A DNA stretch of 32,743 bases from Octopus bimaculoides (GCF_001194135.2 NC_068999.1:22798621-22831363); one strand, 5' to 3'; positions 1-11,228 are shown, counted from the stretch's first letter. The notes: generated by a model not told the origin, from the letters alone. A program made the numbers and translations.

Positions 1-49
1 ATATATATGCACACACATATGCATACATAATTTATATATAAATATATGT

Positions 50-120
50 ACGTACGTACGTACGCACGTATGTATGTATGTATGTATGTATGTATGTATG
101 TATGTATGTATGTATGTATA
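50..120. repeat. (TACG)n/(TATG)n microsatellite
   Basis: Directly visible tetranucleotide array. Confidence 0.95.
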
Positions 121-542
121 GTAATATACATCAGAGGATTATGAAAGAAATTCTAAGCATTTTTCGAATGAAAAATCACCAATAACAGACGAGAATACGA
201 AATGAACCACATATTTCCATCTTCTTTGAAATACGTTGGTGGACAATAAATTTCAGGCCTTATACCTCTCACTAAATTTGAGGCCTTATACCTCTTTCTA
301 CAATAGTAGAAAAAGTTATGATTCGTTATATTGTGTTGGGTTCATTTTAAACGTTGTTGATATCTATCAAGCTGAAATTTTAGCTTTCAAGGGAAATAAT
401 TAGTAATCTCTTAGCATTTGAACTTAGGAGTTATTCCCCTTGGATCAGATTACACTTACAGTGACTACGTTTGTCGTAAGAAGCGTTTTAGCAAAGTATT
501 ATTGAATGAAAATAAACTAGAGTTAGCTCGTGAGAATGCTAA

Positions 543-1664
543 AATCAACTGATCTTGATAGTTAAATTGTTGACCGTTGGATAACTAGAACAGTTGAACT
601 GACAACCAAAACTCATCTATATAGTTCAGTTAAAACATGCTTATTATTTCTGTTTAAGATTAAGTACAGGCATCACCCGCATTACGGCTATCCAAACTAT
701 GAGATATTCTACCTGAAGGAATTGTAAAGTATGTCCACTAATTTGGCAGTAATTTGCGAGTAAAGCAAACTTAATTTGAAAGGACTCATTTCATTGGTTG
801 AAAAATATAGTAGCCAAAGCCGTCTTGGTTTTTGACCAAAAATTATTCCAAAAGATTGATTTTGGACGCTTCTAAAAATTTCTCATGAAGGTTATAAAAA
901 CCACAATTTTTCCATGTTTTTTTCTGACATTTACGCTGTCCTCACGAAGCAATGTCAATCACAGCCTTGATTGTCTCATAGTGTTGAAATGTCTCTGACA
1001 CTAACGTAAAAGACGTGGCGGTATTATTCTCTATTATGACCTTAAGTCGTTTGTCTAAACTTTTTCCTTAGAATACTTTGATGAATTAGTTAAGAAATTC
1101 TATCCCTGTCATCTCTTCACGACAAGTTATCTGAAAAAGAAAAAAAAAAAAAGAAAATTTTTTCTTTGCATTGCCTTCGCTTAATCTTTAAGAGTGAACA
1201 TAGGGAGATTATTCCTGATATATATTTTGCAATTGTAATTATTTATTTCTATAAAATAAAAGAAGTATTAATCAAAATAATGCGACTCTGATCTTTTTGC
1301 ATTTGATAATGCTTGTTCTGTAAATTAATTCAAGTTGCAAGAGAAAGCCATAAAAGAAAAAGATTTATACCTCACATACAACATATCTTTACAACATATT
1401 TAGTTTGTTTTCAATTAAAACCTTGCAGAGCTGTTGCACCAGGATACATTATTATCTGCTTGAATCAACTGATCTTGATAGTTGAATTGTTGACCCTTGG
1501 ATAACTAGAACAGTTGAAATGACAACCAGAACTCATCTATATAGTTCAGTTAAAACATGCTTATTATTTCTGTTTAAGATCAAGTACAGGCATCACCCGC
1601 ATTACGGCTATCCAAACTATGAGATTTTCTACCTGAAGGAATTGTAAAGTATGTCCACTAATTT
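543..1664 (+). repeat. Direct duplication of ~202 bp (543-744 and 1463-1664)
   Basis: Both copies run AATCAACTGATCTTGATAG...GTATGTCCACTAATTT; offset 920 bp; 6 substitutions counted by eye. Confidence 0.95.
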
Positions 1665-1700
1665 TGGAATTAAGATCAAAGTCGTTAATAATTTCAGAAA

Positions 1701-2115
1701 CTCTTTTACTCTTTTACTCTTTTACTTGTTTCAGTCATTTGACTGTGGCCATGCTGGAGCACCGACTTTAGTCGAGCAAATCGACCCTAGGACTTATTCT
1801 TTTGTAAGCCTAGTACTTATTCTATCGGTCTCTTTTTGCCGAACCGCTATGTTACGGGGACATAAACACACCAGCATCGGTTGTCAAGCGATGTTGGGGG
1901 GACAAACACAGACACACAAACACACACACATACATATATACATATATATACATATATACGACGGGCTTCTTTCAGTTTCCGTCTACTAAATCCACTCACA
2001 AGGCTTTTGTCGGCTCGAGGCTATAGTAGAAGACACTTGCCCAAGGTGCCACGCAGTGGGACTGAACCCGGAACCATGTGGTTGGTAAGCAAGCTACTTA
2101 CCACACAGCTACTCC
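1701..2115 (-). mobile_element. tRNA-derived SINE, family A (abundant octopus-type SINE), near full length
   Basis: Minus strand starts GGAGTAGCTGTGTGGTAAG (A-box-like) and GGTTCAGTCCC (B-box-like); internal (TA)/(TG) tract; 3' tail of (GTAAAAGA)n. Homologous copies at 25388 and 30052. Confidence 0.85.
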
Positions 2116-2123
2116 AAATATAC

Positions 2124-2710
2124 GGTTAATATATAGTTTAACTCCCGGTCACCAGAAGAAAAAAAAAGTCTAAAGCAAAATGTGCAGAAAACGAATATGA
2201 AAACACCTATTAGACTGTTTTTTTTTTGTTTTGTTTTGGTGACCGGGTGATAAACTCGATCCTGAAAGTTGTAACGGAAAAAAAGCAGATCGCGTGAATT
2301 TTCCGATTGTCCTCTCCCCATCCCTTTGGAGAACGTTTTTCCCACAAATTTCTTTATAATCGTGATCTATGCTATTTGAAAGGTGTTTCTGTAAAATTTC
2401 ATTAAAAGATATCCATTTTCCTGACAGTCATGAGGGAAAGAATCGGATTGTGTGAATTTTCCGAAAGTCCTCTCCCCACCTCTTCGGAAAACATTTGAAT
2501 GGTATTTCTGTGAAATTTAATTAATATATATACATTTTCTTGAAAGTCATGAGAGAAAAATCGAATCGTGTGAATTTTCCGAAAGTTCTCCCCTCCACAT
2601 TCGTCTGCGCAAATTTTTGTTTTCATATTCGTTTTCTACACATTTATAACACCTATTAGACTGTTTTTTTTTGTTTGTTTTGGTGACTGGGAGTTAACTA
2701 TATATTAACC
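2124..2710. mobile_element. Non-autonomous DNA transposon (MITE) with GG-initiated TIRs and 8-bp TSD, Merlin-like
   Basis: Ends GGTTAATATATAGTT / AACTATATATTAACC; imperfect TIR similarity extends ~80-90 bp; AAATATAC flanks both sides (2116-2123, 2711-2718); three internal units beginning GTGAATTT(T)CCGA. Confidence 0.8.
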
Positions 2711-2883
2711 AAATATACTTAATACATACATACCTACACATATATGTATATATGTATTCTGCATATATCTATGTATAGCAGAAACGCACGTTTTTGTATG
2801 CGTCACTATACACAGTTACACAGAGTGACGTATTAATTTTCGTCGTGAATATTTGTAGTATATTTTCTCAAGTCATGACGAAA

Positions 2884-3036
<153 letters not shown>

Positions 3037-3038
3037 TC

Positions 3039-3065
3039 CTAGGCCTGCTACCCGGCGTTGTTCGG
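3039..3065 (-). mobile_element. Isolated degenerate Helitron 3' terminus
   Basis: Minus strand CCGAACAACGCCGGGTAGCAGGC-CTAG resembles the hairpin plus CTRR end seen at 3222-3249. Confidence 0.45.
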
Positions 3066-3113
3066 TCGATAATGCACAGAATTGACTGTCAGTTTGCTGA
3101 ATGGCTATCATGG

Positions 3114-3135
3114 TACACACACACACACACGCACG

Positions 3136-3180
<45 letters not shown>

Positions 3181-3190
3181 TTATACATAC

Positions 3191-3221
<31 letters not shown>
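3114..3221. repeat. (CA)n/(CATA)n/(TA)n microsatellite
   Basis: Directly visible. Confidence 0.95.
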
Positions 3222-4128
3222 CTAGCTGACGCACCCGGTAATTCCCGGGAAAGTGGGGCTTATGCCTTGGTTCCGTTCTCATAATAGTTTCAATACAAAG
3301 TATGTAGCCATTAAAACGGTTTTTGTGTATTTATTGAGAATACCGAACTGTCTTACAAAGGATCTTGTTTTAAGGAATTCCCAATAAGTTATGAATACTC
3401 AAATTGTGAAGTCAGTTAAGTAATAACATGAAATTAATTTCCCCAATAGTAAGAATTCAAATAAAGTAGCCCGAAAAGGGCTTTACTATGTTCCCAGAGT
3501 ACATAGAACTTAGGAGGAAATACTAATAAGGTATGTATACTAAAATCATGAAGCATGTTACGTAATAACAGGCTAATCAGATACGAGGTAATAACAATTC
3601 AAAGTAAATAACTCTGAAAAAAAGCTTTTGTGCGTTCGCAGAGAATATTACCCTCAGAGGCGCTAGTGTTGGTATATTCGTAAATAAGTCACTAACCGAA
3701 ATAAGTAGATCTATTGTTTAGGAAAATACTATTTACTTGTTTAAGCGTTGTACTGGATAAATTACGAAAATAACTGAAATGTTTCAAATACTAAGAAATA
3801 ATCATACTCTATTTGATTTATACGAAATAATTTACGAATATGAATGGGTTATTTCCCTTGGCTATATATAAGGATCCCTTTCAGGAGCGAATGGGTTATT
3901 TCCCTTGGATGTTTAAAAATAATGTATTAGTTATATGTAGTAGAGATAAGCATCCCTTTTAGGGGCCCTATTATCGATTCTTTCAACAATCTAAGTATGT
4001 CACTAGTTTTCTAGACATGAGTTCTACTCACGTATCAAGTTTCATAAAAATCGATAAAACGATGTAGGAGTTAGATAACAACACCACAAACAAACACACC
4101 CACAGATTTCCACATATGTAGTATATAT
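3222..4128 (-). mobile_element. Non-autonomous Helitron (Lep1-like architecture)
   Basis: Minus-strand 3' end CCCGG-GAATTA-CCGGG hairpin then CTAG|T at 3222. The other end (4030-4128, ..TCAAGTTTCATAAAAATCGAT..CAAACAAAC..) resembles the 5' region of invertebrate non-autonomous Helitrons. The 5' terminus runs into a 10-N gap. Confidence 0.65.
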
Positions 4129-4159
4129 NNNNNNNNNNTATACGTTCATCTACATGTAC

Positions 4160-4400
4160 ATATAGATACATAACTGGGTACATGACGTGGTAAAAGAACA
4201 AGGACAAAATGGTAAACAAGGTGCAACAAACAAGCAGGCCACATAGAAACATCCCCTTCATCAGCTGCCACCATTAAAACTCCGGCGTTTCGAAGAATTA
4301 AGGCAGTACGCATCGTTAAAATGGTTCTTCCCACGAACACAAATTAAATTATTTTCGTGGAGGGTAGTGGCGGACGGAAAACAAGACAGGAAAACGAAAC
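4160..4400. repeat. Probable dispersed repeat remnant, possibly Penelope-associated
   Basis: Minus strand carries CGAAAC and CTGATGA motifs seen near Penelope termini; no complete fold. Assignment is from recollection only. Confidence 0.3.
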
Positions 4401-4731
4401 GGTAACAGTAATCTGTTAAATGTACAAAGAAAATTGTGAGTATGAATGCATTGTCTGAAGGGGTATTGATAATGTTTTCCGTATTAAAGAAGTAAGATTA
4501 CTGTACCTCTTGACTCTTTAAAGGAGAATGCTTGTTATGACAGCATATCTAACTGACCTGCCTTCCTTCTAACATTTTCATTCCTTATTCCCATGCTTAA
4601 AGCCACATACAACTGGTCATTCTGGAATACTGATATGTCAATATAAATCCAGACATGCTGCATGGTTTGTCCTTGTGCTTTGAGTATAGTCATTGCAAAG
4701 CATAGCTATCTATCTATCTATCTATTTATCT

Positions 4732-4865
4732 ATCCCACATCACCAGTTCTGCTTACCAAAAGTGGCCCACTTGGCACCGTGCATTCGTCGCAAGAAACAA
4801 TTCGTAACGGCCGCCTCCGATCGGGAGAGGAGCGGCCCGTTTCACCCGTTCCGAGTTCGAGAGTT
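4732..4865 (-). rRNA. 28S (LSU) rRNA gene fragment, pseudogenic
   Basis: Minus strand GTGCCAAGTGGGCCACTTTTGGTAAGCAGAACTGGTGATGTGGGAT closely matches the conserved eukaryotic LSU segment GTGCCTAGTGGGCCACTTTTGGTAAGCAGAACTGGCGCTGCGGGAT. Upstream is a GC-rich hairpin where an expansion segment is expected, and CTCTCGAACTCGGAACGGGTGAA resembles TTCTCAAACTTTAAATGGGTAAG. Only ~130 bp. Confidence 0.85.
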
Positions 4866-5048
4866 CGGGAACTTTGTCTGCTGAACAGGTATATCTTTAT
4901 CTTCTGATATATTGAGTCTAATTCTAGGAATCATGACAATGCCATTTTTGAATGCACAAACATAGATCTTTACTATGATTAGATTCTCAAGCATTTCTCG
5001 TTTGATCATCTGTCTTCCATTGCAAAGTTTTCGAGGATCTAAGTTTAT
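4866..5048 (-). pseudogene. Helitron Rep/Helicase (PIF1-type) C-terminal fragment
   Basis: INLDPRKLCNGRQMIKREMLENLIIVKIYVCAFKNGIVMIPRIRLNISEDKDIPVQQTKFP follows the Helitron/PIF1 pattern RNL-P--GLCNGTRL...V-IPRI-L-PSD--LP...QFP. Confidence 0.7.
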
Positions 5049-5301
5049 GCTATTTGTTCTTTGTCTCACGTCCTGGAAATGTGCATTCCTATCGTCTTCC
5101 GCCTCCTCTTCTCTCCGTCTTTATTACATGACTTTGTTATTCTGGTGCCGTGATGCCATCGTCTCAACCGTTTCCTGGTGTCTCCTTGCTCTCGCCACTT
5201 CCTGACATTGTTTGCTATCATCCCTTGGCCCTGATGATCCCTTTCTCTCTCCATGTGCTATAATCGATCAGTGTGTAATTTGTGCATGTAATAAGGAATT
5301 A

Positions 5302-5363
5302 GGTAAATCGAAACAGATCAATGAATAAGGGACAAAAGAATGATTTACACAAAGTGATGTATC

Positions 5364-5442
<79 letters not shown>

Positions 5443-5950
5443 AGAATATATATATATATAGAGAGAGAGAGAGAAGGATAGATAGATAGATCGATAGATA
5501 GATAGAGAGAGAGAGAGCATGTGTGAGTGTGCGTATTTGGGTGGACATCGAGAGAAAGAGAGAGAGTGTGTGTGTGTGTGTGCTGTACGAGAATGTGACC
5601 GAGTGTGCGTGTATGAGTGTGTGCCGTGTGTGTGTGTGAGAGAGACAGAGTTTACGTGTGTGTGTGTGAATACTGTATATTAATGTGAGGAAGAGTGCGT
5701 GCGTACTGTATATACGGGTGAGTGTTAGTGTGCGTGCTGTGTGAGTGAGTGAGTGTGTGTGTGTGTGTGTGACGACGGAGAGAGTGTGCTTGTGTATGTT
5801 GTGTGTGTATGTGTGTGCGCGCGCGCGCGCTGTGTGTGAGTATGACCGAGTGTGTTTATATGTGTGTGTTGTGTATGTATGTTTGATAAGCACAGAATTT
5901 ATGTGTACGCGCGCGCGCACGCGCGTGTGTGTGTGTGTGTGAGAGAGAAA
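5302..5950. repeat. Long compound (GT)n/(GA)n/(GATA)n/(GC)n low-complexity tract
   Basis: Directly visible; source of spurious ORFs 5299-6016. Confidence 0.95.
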
Positions 5951-6107
5951 GATTGAAACAATAGTGAAAATTTGAACTGTACATTCAAAACTTCTAGACT
6001 TGAAAAAAATTGCCAAAGGAATGAATTAGAAAAATTAAGCTGCATCTACGGGCAATATATTTGCAATACTCGGCATGTATTGTTGCGTGGAAAAATGCGA
6101 GCAAGAG

Positions 6108-6964
6108 AAATAATATTCTTAAGATTATAAACCTGGAAGACTACAGGACAAGTTATTACACTTGGAAATGTTCAGGGCAACTTATTATATCTGGTAAAGT
6201 ACAGAACAAGAAAATTTTTACTTAAAATATTGCAGCTAAGGATAAGATTTCAAATAGAATATTTAGATGTAGAAAATATTAGATTTTATTAAAACTAAAA
6301 ATTTTATTACAAGTTATTTCTTCTATTTTTTTTATTACTTGTTACTTCTATTAAAAATTTAAAAAAACAAGTCAATTAAAATATGTTTTGCGCTTTAAAA
6401 ATTCATTTTAAAATTACTAATTAATAATTAGAAATTCGAAAATAGATTATAAAAAATAATAGTAGTACATAATTAATACAATAAATAGAATAACACAAAA
6501 ATTAGTTATATATTGCAGTAAAATCTAACTATAACAACAAATTCACAGTAAAAATTGCTTGAGTTATTGCCTAAGTTATTGCCAAGTCTTCACATTTTTA
6601 GTCTTGACCCAATGCCTATTTTTTACATAATGAATTTGCCTACCATATATACTATTCTACTTTGCATAAAACCTTAGCTATATAGGTACTTCTGGCTCTC
6701 ATTTTTAAGTATTCTAGTGTGTCAATATTTTAACAAAATGATGGTACCTTTTTAAAATCATAATGTTTCTTTCTAAATTAAAATCAAATAATCTTTAATA
6801 TTCAAATTTTATCCTTAGCTGCAATATTTTGACTAAAAATTTTCTTATTCTGTACTTTATCAGATATAATAACATGTCCTGAACTTTTCCAAGTGTAATA
6901 ACTTGTCCTGTACTTTTCCGGGTTTATAATCTTAAGAATATTACTTTTCTTAAGAATATTATTT
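6108..6964. mobile_element. Foldback/MITE-like element with long imperfect terminal inverted repeats
   Basis: 6108-~6255 is the reverse complement of ~6805-6964 (AATAATATTCTTAAGATTATAAACC..TACAGGACAAGTTATTACACTTGGAAA..AAAATATTGCAGCTAAGGATAA), roughly 85-90% identical by eye; AT-rich non-coding interior; no clear TSD. Confidence 0.75.
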
Positions 6965-6967
6965 TTT

Positions 6968-7214
6968 TTGCAACTTCAGGTTTCCACCTGTGTCAGTCTC
7001 TTCAAAATTCATTGAGTTAATAAACCTTCAACACTGAAGAGGATGTAAAAATTCACCGGAATGAGTTTTTTGCTTGTAAAGACAGGAAATTATTTGAACA
7101 GGGAATAATGAAGCTACCCACAATTGCCTTCTTGTGAGTAGATCCGTTATTGGAATAAATCGCTTTGTGTCTTAATTTCGCTGAAATAAACAAACAGACT
7201 TTTTGGTCGACTCG
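6968..7214 (+). mobile_element. mariner transposon 3' remnant
   Basis: Translates to ..FHLCQSLQNSLS**TFNTEEDVKIHRNEFFACKDRKLFEQGIMKLP, a mariner C-terminus; followed by a TIR-like end GACTTTTTGGTCGACTCG. Confidence 0.75.
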
Positions 7215-7343
7215 ATACATACATACATGCATACATACATGCATACATATATGCATACATACATACAAAGGCGCACATACATACATACATACATACATAC
7301 AGATAGACATACAAACAGACAAACATCCAGACAAACAGACAGA
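7215..7343. repeat. (CATA)n/(CAGA)n microsatellite
   Basis: Directly visible. Confidence 0.9.
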
Positions 7344-7486
7344 CGATGGGTTTCTTTCAGTTCGTGTCTATGAAATCCACTCTCAAACTTTTAATGACCC
7401 CGAAGATACACTTCCTCACGCAATGGGACTGAACCTCAAATCGTGTGATTGGGAAGGAAACTTCTAAACCTACACAGTCATACCTG
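7342..7486 (-). mobile_element. SINE family A head, degenerate
   Basis: GATGGGTTTCTTTCAGTT..AAATCCACTC..GGGACTGAACC..ACACAGTCATACCTG aligns to the head of the 1701-2115 copy. Confidence 0.7.
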
Positions 7487-7664
7487 GGGTTGCGTTCGTC
7501 TTTGCTTCTATGTTTATGCATCTATGGTTATGTTAATAGATATAAAGGAACACTATAAGTAACTCTTGTTCAAAGACTAATATTGTTTAAGTTGAGTTTT
7601 TTTATACCTGTTAAACTAGATTTTCAACATTAGAGATTGATAAAATAGGTATACCAGACTAAAG

Positions 7665-7760
7665 TAACTGCTGTGGTTGATATGACTGACTAACACCTTG
7701 ATGGCGGTGCCCCAGCATGGTTACAGTTCAAGGACTGAAAGCCATAAAAGAATAAAAGAA
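7665..7760 (+). mobile_element. SINE family A 3' tail fragment
   Basis: GGCGGTGCCCCAGCATGGTTACAGTTCAAGGACTGAAA..TAAAAGAATAAAAGAAT matches the family A 3' end. Confidence 0.65.
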
Positions 7761-8405
7761 TCAGAACCATAGTCCAGTCTCGTCACACCATCATATATAA
7801 CGGGTGTCGCATAACCAGGAACTATCAGCAGAGTTTTATGTAGTCATATATGTAATTAATATTCTAGTTTTTGAACTTTGTACTCAGTACTTTACCTAAT
7901 TTTCATTCTTTGTAATAACATTCTTCCGCTGACGTTTGTATGGCAAATGTTAACCTACATTCGCTACCACCCAACTCTATTAGTGCCGTCTTTCATTCTT
8001 ATCCTACAGTCTAAGCAGAAATTATAGTTATGAAGTTTGCTCTTTCCGTTTGTATAGTCGTAGTAAGCTGCATAAATTAAGTAATAAAGTTATAAATTTG
8101 ATGTAAAGTATAGTAGGAGCAATATAGATTATCTAGTTCAACATCTAGTATAATTTTCTGCTATAAATAGACACAATATTTAGTGTAGCGTGATAGCAGT
8201 ATGTCAGGATCTCAAAGTGATATATGATAGTAATGGGTTAAAAAATTTAATATATCTACGGTGAGTAAAATACTTAGAAGACAAGAAAGCAAAGGGTTAA
8301 TAAATATATTTTACATACAGCTTGCACTATATCTACCGAACGGAGATCAGAAGTATTTCTGCACATTCTGACGATATTACTTTCTCAAGGAGTGCCAACA
8401 ATATT

Positions 8406-8620
8406 CTTTTCTACTCTAGGCACAAGGCCCGAAATTTTGGGGGAGGGGGCCAGTCGATTAGACTGACCCCAGTACGCAACTGGTACTTAATTTATCGACC
8501 CTCAAAAGGTTGAAAGGCATAGTCGACCTCGGCGGAATTTGAATTCAGAACGTAGAGACTGACGAAATATCGCTAAGCGTTTCGCTCGGCGTGGTAACGT
8601 TTCTGCCAGCTCGGCACCTT
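8406..8620 (-). mobile_element. tRNA-derived SINE, family B, full length with 17-bp TSD
   Basis: Minus strand GGTGCCGAGCTGGCAGAAACGTTA..GAATTCAAATTCCGCCGAGGTCGAC..; flanked by GGAGTGC(C/T)AACAATATT at 8389-8405 and 8621-8637. Confidence 0.88.
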
Positions 8621-10304
8621 GGAGTGCTAACAATATTGCTGTTACCATGGTGGAATATCCGAATTTTTCATATCCATGATAAAGCGTTTCTTTTCTTCTA
8701 TATTTCGAAATTGATGCAAGCCACATAAGACATTATAGATCCAACCCACGGCATCTACATTTACTGGCATTATTATACAGCTCCATCCCAATGTCTCATA
8801 GTCATGTGACCCCTTCACATGGTAATATGACGGAGTCACAATGACCAGAACTTAATTTTGTCAAGTAGGTCTTGCCCATAAGATTAGAACATTGCTCCGT
8901 TATCATAATATGGCGTTGAAATACCTTTGCATTGGCCTATTTTAACATTCTCTGTAGAAAACAATTAGGTGTAGTTTGGAGTTGATCCTCATCGCATTCA
9001 TGTTGGTGATTCATTACTATTTTAATACACTTTCGACAATATCACCAGAAATATTCTCCTAGGGATGACTTGAATTTTGCCAGAATACATTCTGTTAATG
9101 CGCAGACACCACACAGATGACGTAAACGATAAAACAGGTGTTTTATCTTTGTTTGATCGTTAGGAATTGTCCGGGAATGGAAGTACATCGTACATCGACC
9201 TTAAACGAGATCGTAACTAGTCTTGCTCTAGTTTTCACAGCATATTCCAGCATCGTTTTCTTTGTTCAGCAGATGTATATCAAACTCATGTCCATCGGCT
9301 TCATAACTTCATTGCTTCTGTCGTAAGGTCTTCCTGTTCTTTCTGTCAAAGTTCAAAGATCATGATATCTCTCAGATCTTTGTTATTCCGGTGGGATATC
9401 CATTTGTTTTGCATTCGCCTCCAATCATTCTAATATATTCTCTACAACTCCGATCGCTTCTTTCATTTCCAGGTTGGATACTACCTTCATATCAGTTCTT
9501 TTATCTCCTTCCTATCAAAACTATCAATTGGGTTGCACGAGCAATATAGGACACAAAATCCTGGAGAATCATGTGCTAACGGAACTTCCGCTACTGTAAT
9601 CTCTCCAACCTGAGATCCTAGACAGCTAGAGTTTTGTTGTAATACTGTACAGCCTAAATCCCGAGGACAATATTAGGAGATCGTGCTTCTTCTCTATAAT
9701 CTTGCATGTGCAATTTTCTGTTTCCACTACACTTACCAAAGGTATTTTACGTAGTTAAAGTGGTTATAAAATCTTTGGCTGAGGATATCGTCTGGAAATT
9801 TTCAACCAAATCGTTGTTGTCATAGGTAGTTAGCCACTATCTCAGCGTCGACTTGAACTCAATACTCCTCTGAATAATAATTCAAGGGACTGTATAGATA
9901 CAGTTAAAACTCCATAGTATGAAATCGTATGAAGTTTTTCTCAAATATAACATGAAAGTAACTTATCTGATCTAATGTAGAGTAATAAAGGTCATACATA
10001 TATAATGGTTATTCAAAGTCATGCATCTTTAACTTAAGAATTTTCTAGTCAAATCTCGTGATTTATAATTACGTAAAAACAACTCCAAATTTAAGTATAT
10101 ATGTTTATTAACTCCATATTTGGAAAATATTCCAGATTTTATTTATCAAGCAACTGATTTTGGATATCATATTCAAGATATGTGAACAAATGCAGGCTTC
10201 ATTTTCCTTAGGTTTCTAGAAATATCAAGAACATATTATGTGGTAGTTAATATCTAAGAAATTTATAGGATCGCTAGAGCACCATCAAACACCTCCATTA
10301 AATA

Positions 10305-10363
10305 GATACATACATATATACATACATACATACATACATACATACACAAACATCTCGAGCGCG

Positions 10364-10404
<41 letters not shown>
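10305..10404. repeat. (CATA)n/(CA)n microsatellite
   Basis: Directly visible. Confidence 0.95.
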
Positions 10405-10405
<1 letters not shown>

Positions 10406-10484
10406 GATTGCGTCATACGAATCTAAAGCTTCGAGAGACATGAAATAAATCGTTTTTAATGGTGAAACTTGAAGTTTCTAAATT

Positions 10485-11228
10485 NNNNNNNNNNNNNNNN
10501 NNNNNNNNNNNNNNNNNNNNNNNNNNNNNNNNNNNNNNNNNNNNNNNNNNNNNNNNNNNNNNNNNNNNNNNNNNNNNNNNNNNNNNNNNNNNNNNNNNNN
10601 NNNNNNNNNNNNNNNNNNNNNNNNNNNNNNNNNNNNNNNNNNNNNNNNNNNNNNNNNNNNNNNNNNNNNNNNNNNNNNNNNNNNNNNNNNNNNNNNNNNN
10701 NNNNNNNNNNNNNNNNNNNNNNNNNNNNNNNNNNNNNNNNNNNNNNNNNNNNNNNNNNNNNNNNNNNNNNNNNNNNNNNNNNNNNNNNNNNNNNNNNNNN
10801 NNNNNNNNNNNNNNNNNNNNNNNNNNNNNNNNNNNNNNNNNNNNNNNNNNNNNNNNNNNNNNNNNNNNNNNNNNNNNNNNNNNNNNNNNNNNNNNNNNNN
10901 NNNNNNNNNNNNNNNNNNNNNNNNNNNNNNNNNNNNNNNNNNNNNNNNNNNNNNNNNNNNNNNNNNNNNNNNNNNNNNNNNNNNNNNNNNNNNNNNNNNN
11001 NNNNNNNNNNNNNNNNNNNNNNNNNNNNNNNNNNNNNNNNNNNNNNNNNNNNNNNNNNNNNNNNNNNNNNNNNNNNNNNNNNNNNNNNNNNNNNNNNNNN
11101 NNNNNNNNNNNNNNNNNNNNNNNNNNNNNNNNNNNNNNNNNNNNNNNNNNNNNNNNNNNNNNNNNNNNNNNNNNNNNNNNNNNNNNNNNNNNNNNNNNNN
11201 NNNNNNNNNNNNNNNNNNNNNNNNNNNN
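10485..11228. other. Assembly gap; others at 4129-4138, 13868-14183, 23814-24170, 25240-25366, 27161-27414, 28082-28742
   Basis: Runs of N; most are bordered by (TA)n or (CA)n. Confidence 0.99.

Noticed and set aside
1085-1155. Strong minus-strand polypyrimidine acceptor at ~1130
   Set aside because: All three frames stop within 15 codons, no donor is seen, and a poly(A) remnant explains the tract.
4245-4300. CGAAAC...CTGATGA on the minus strand as a type II hammerhead
   Set aside because: A 5-bp stem II with two G-U pairs is possible, but stems I and III do not form.
5299-6016. Long ORFs such as 5345-6016 (223 aa) and the many HT/CV/YI/SL-rich ORFs elsewhere
   Set aside because: They are translations of microsatellites, which lack stop codons in some frames.
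8642-8839. 65-aa minus-strand ORF MTPSYYHVKG..
   Set aside because: No recognisable motif or convincing splice context; length is within chance expectation.
9040-9350. Possible RTE endonuclease remnant on the minus strand (KVDV.., VVSAH)
   Set aside because: Motifs are too short and wrongly spaced to call without a search.
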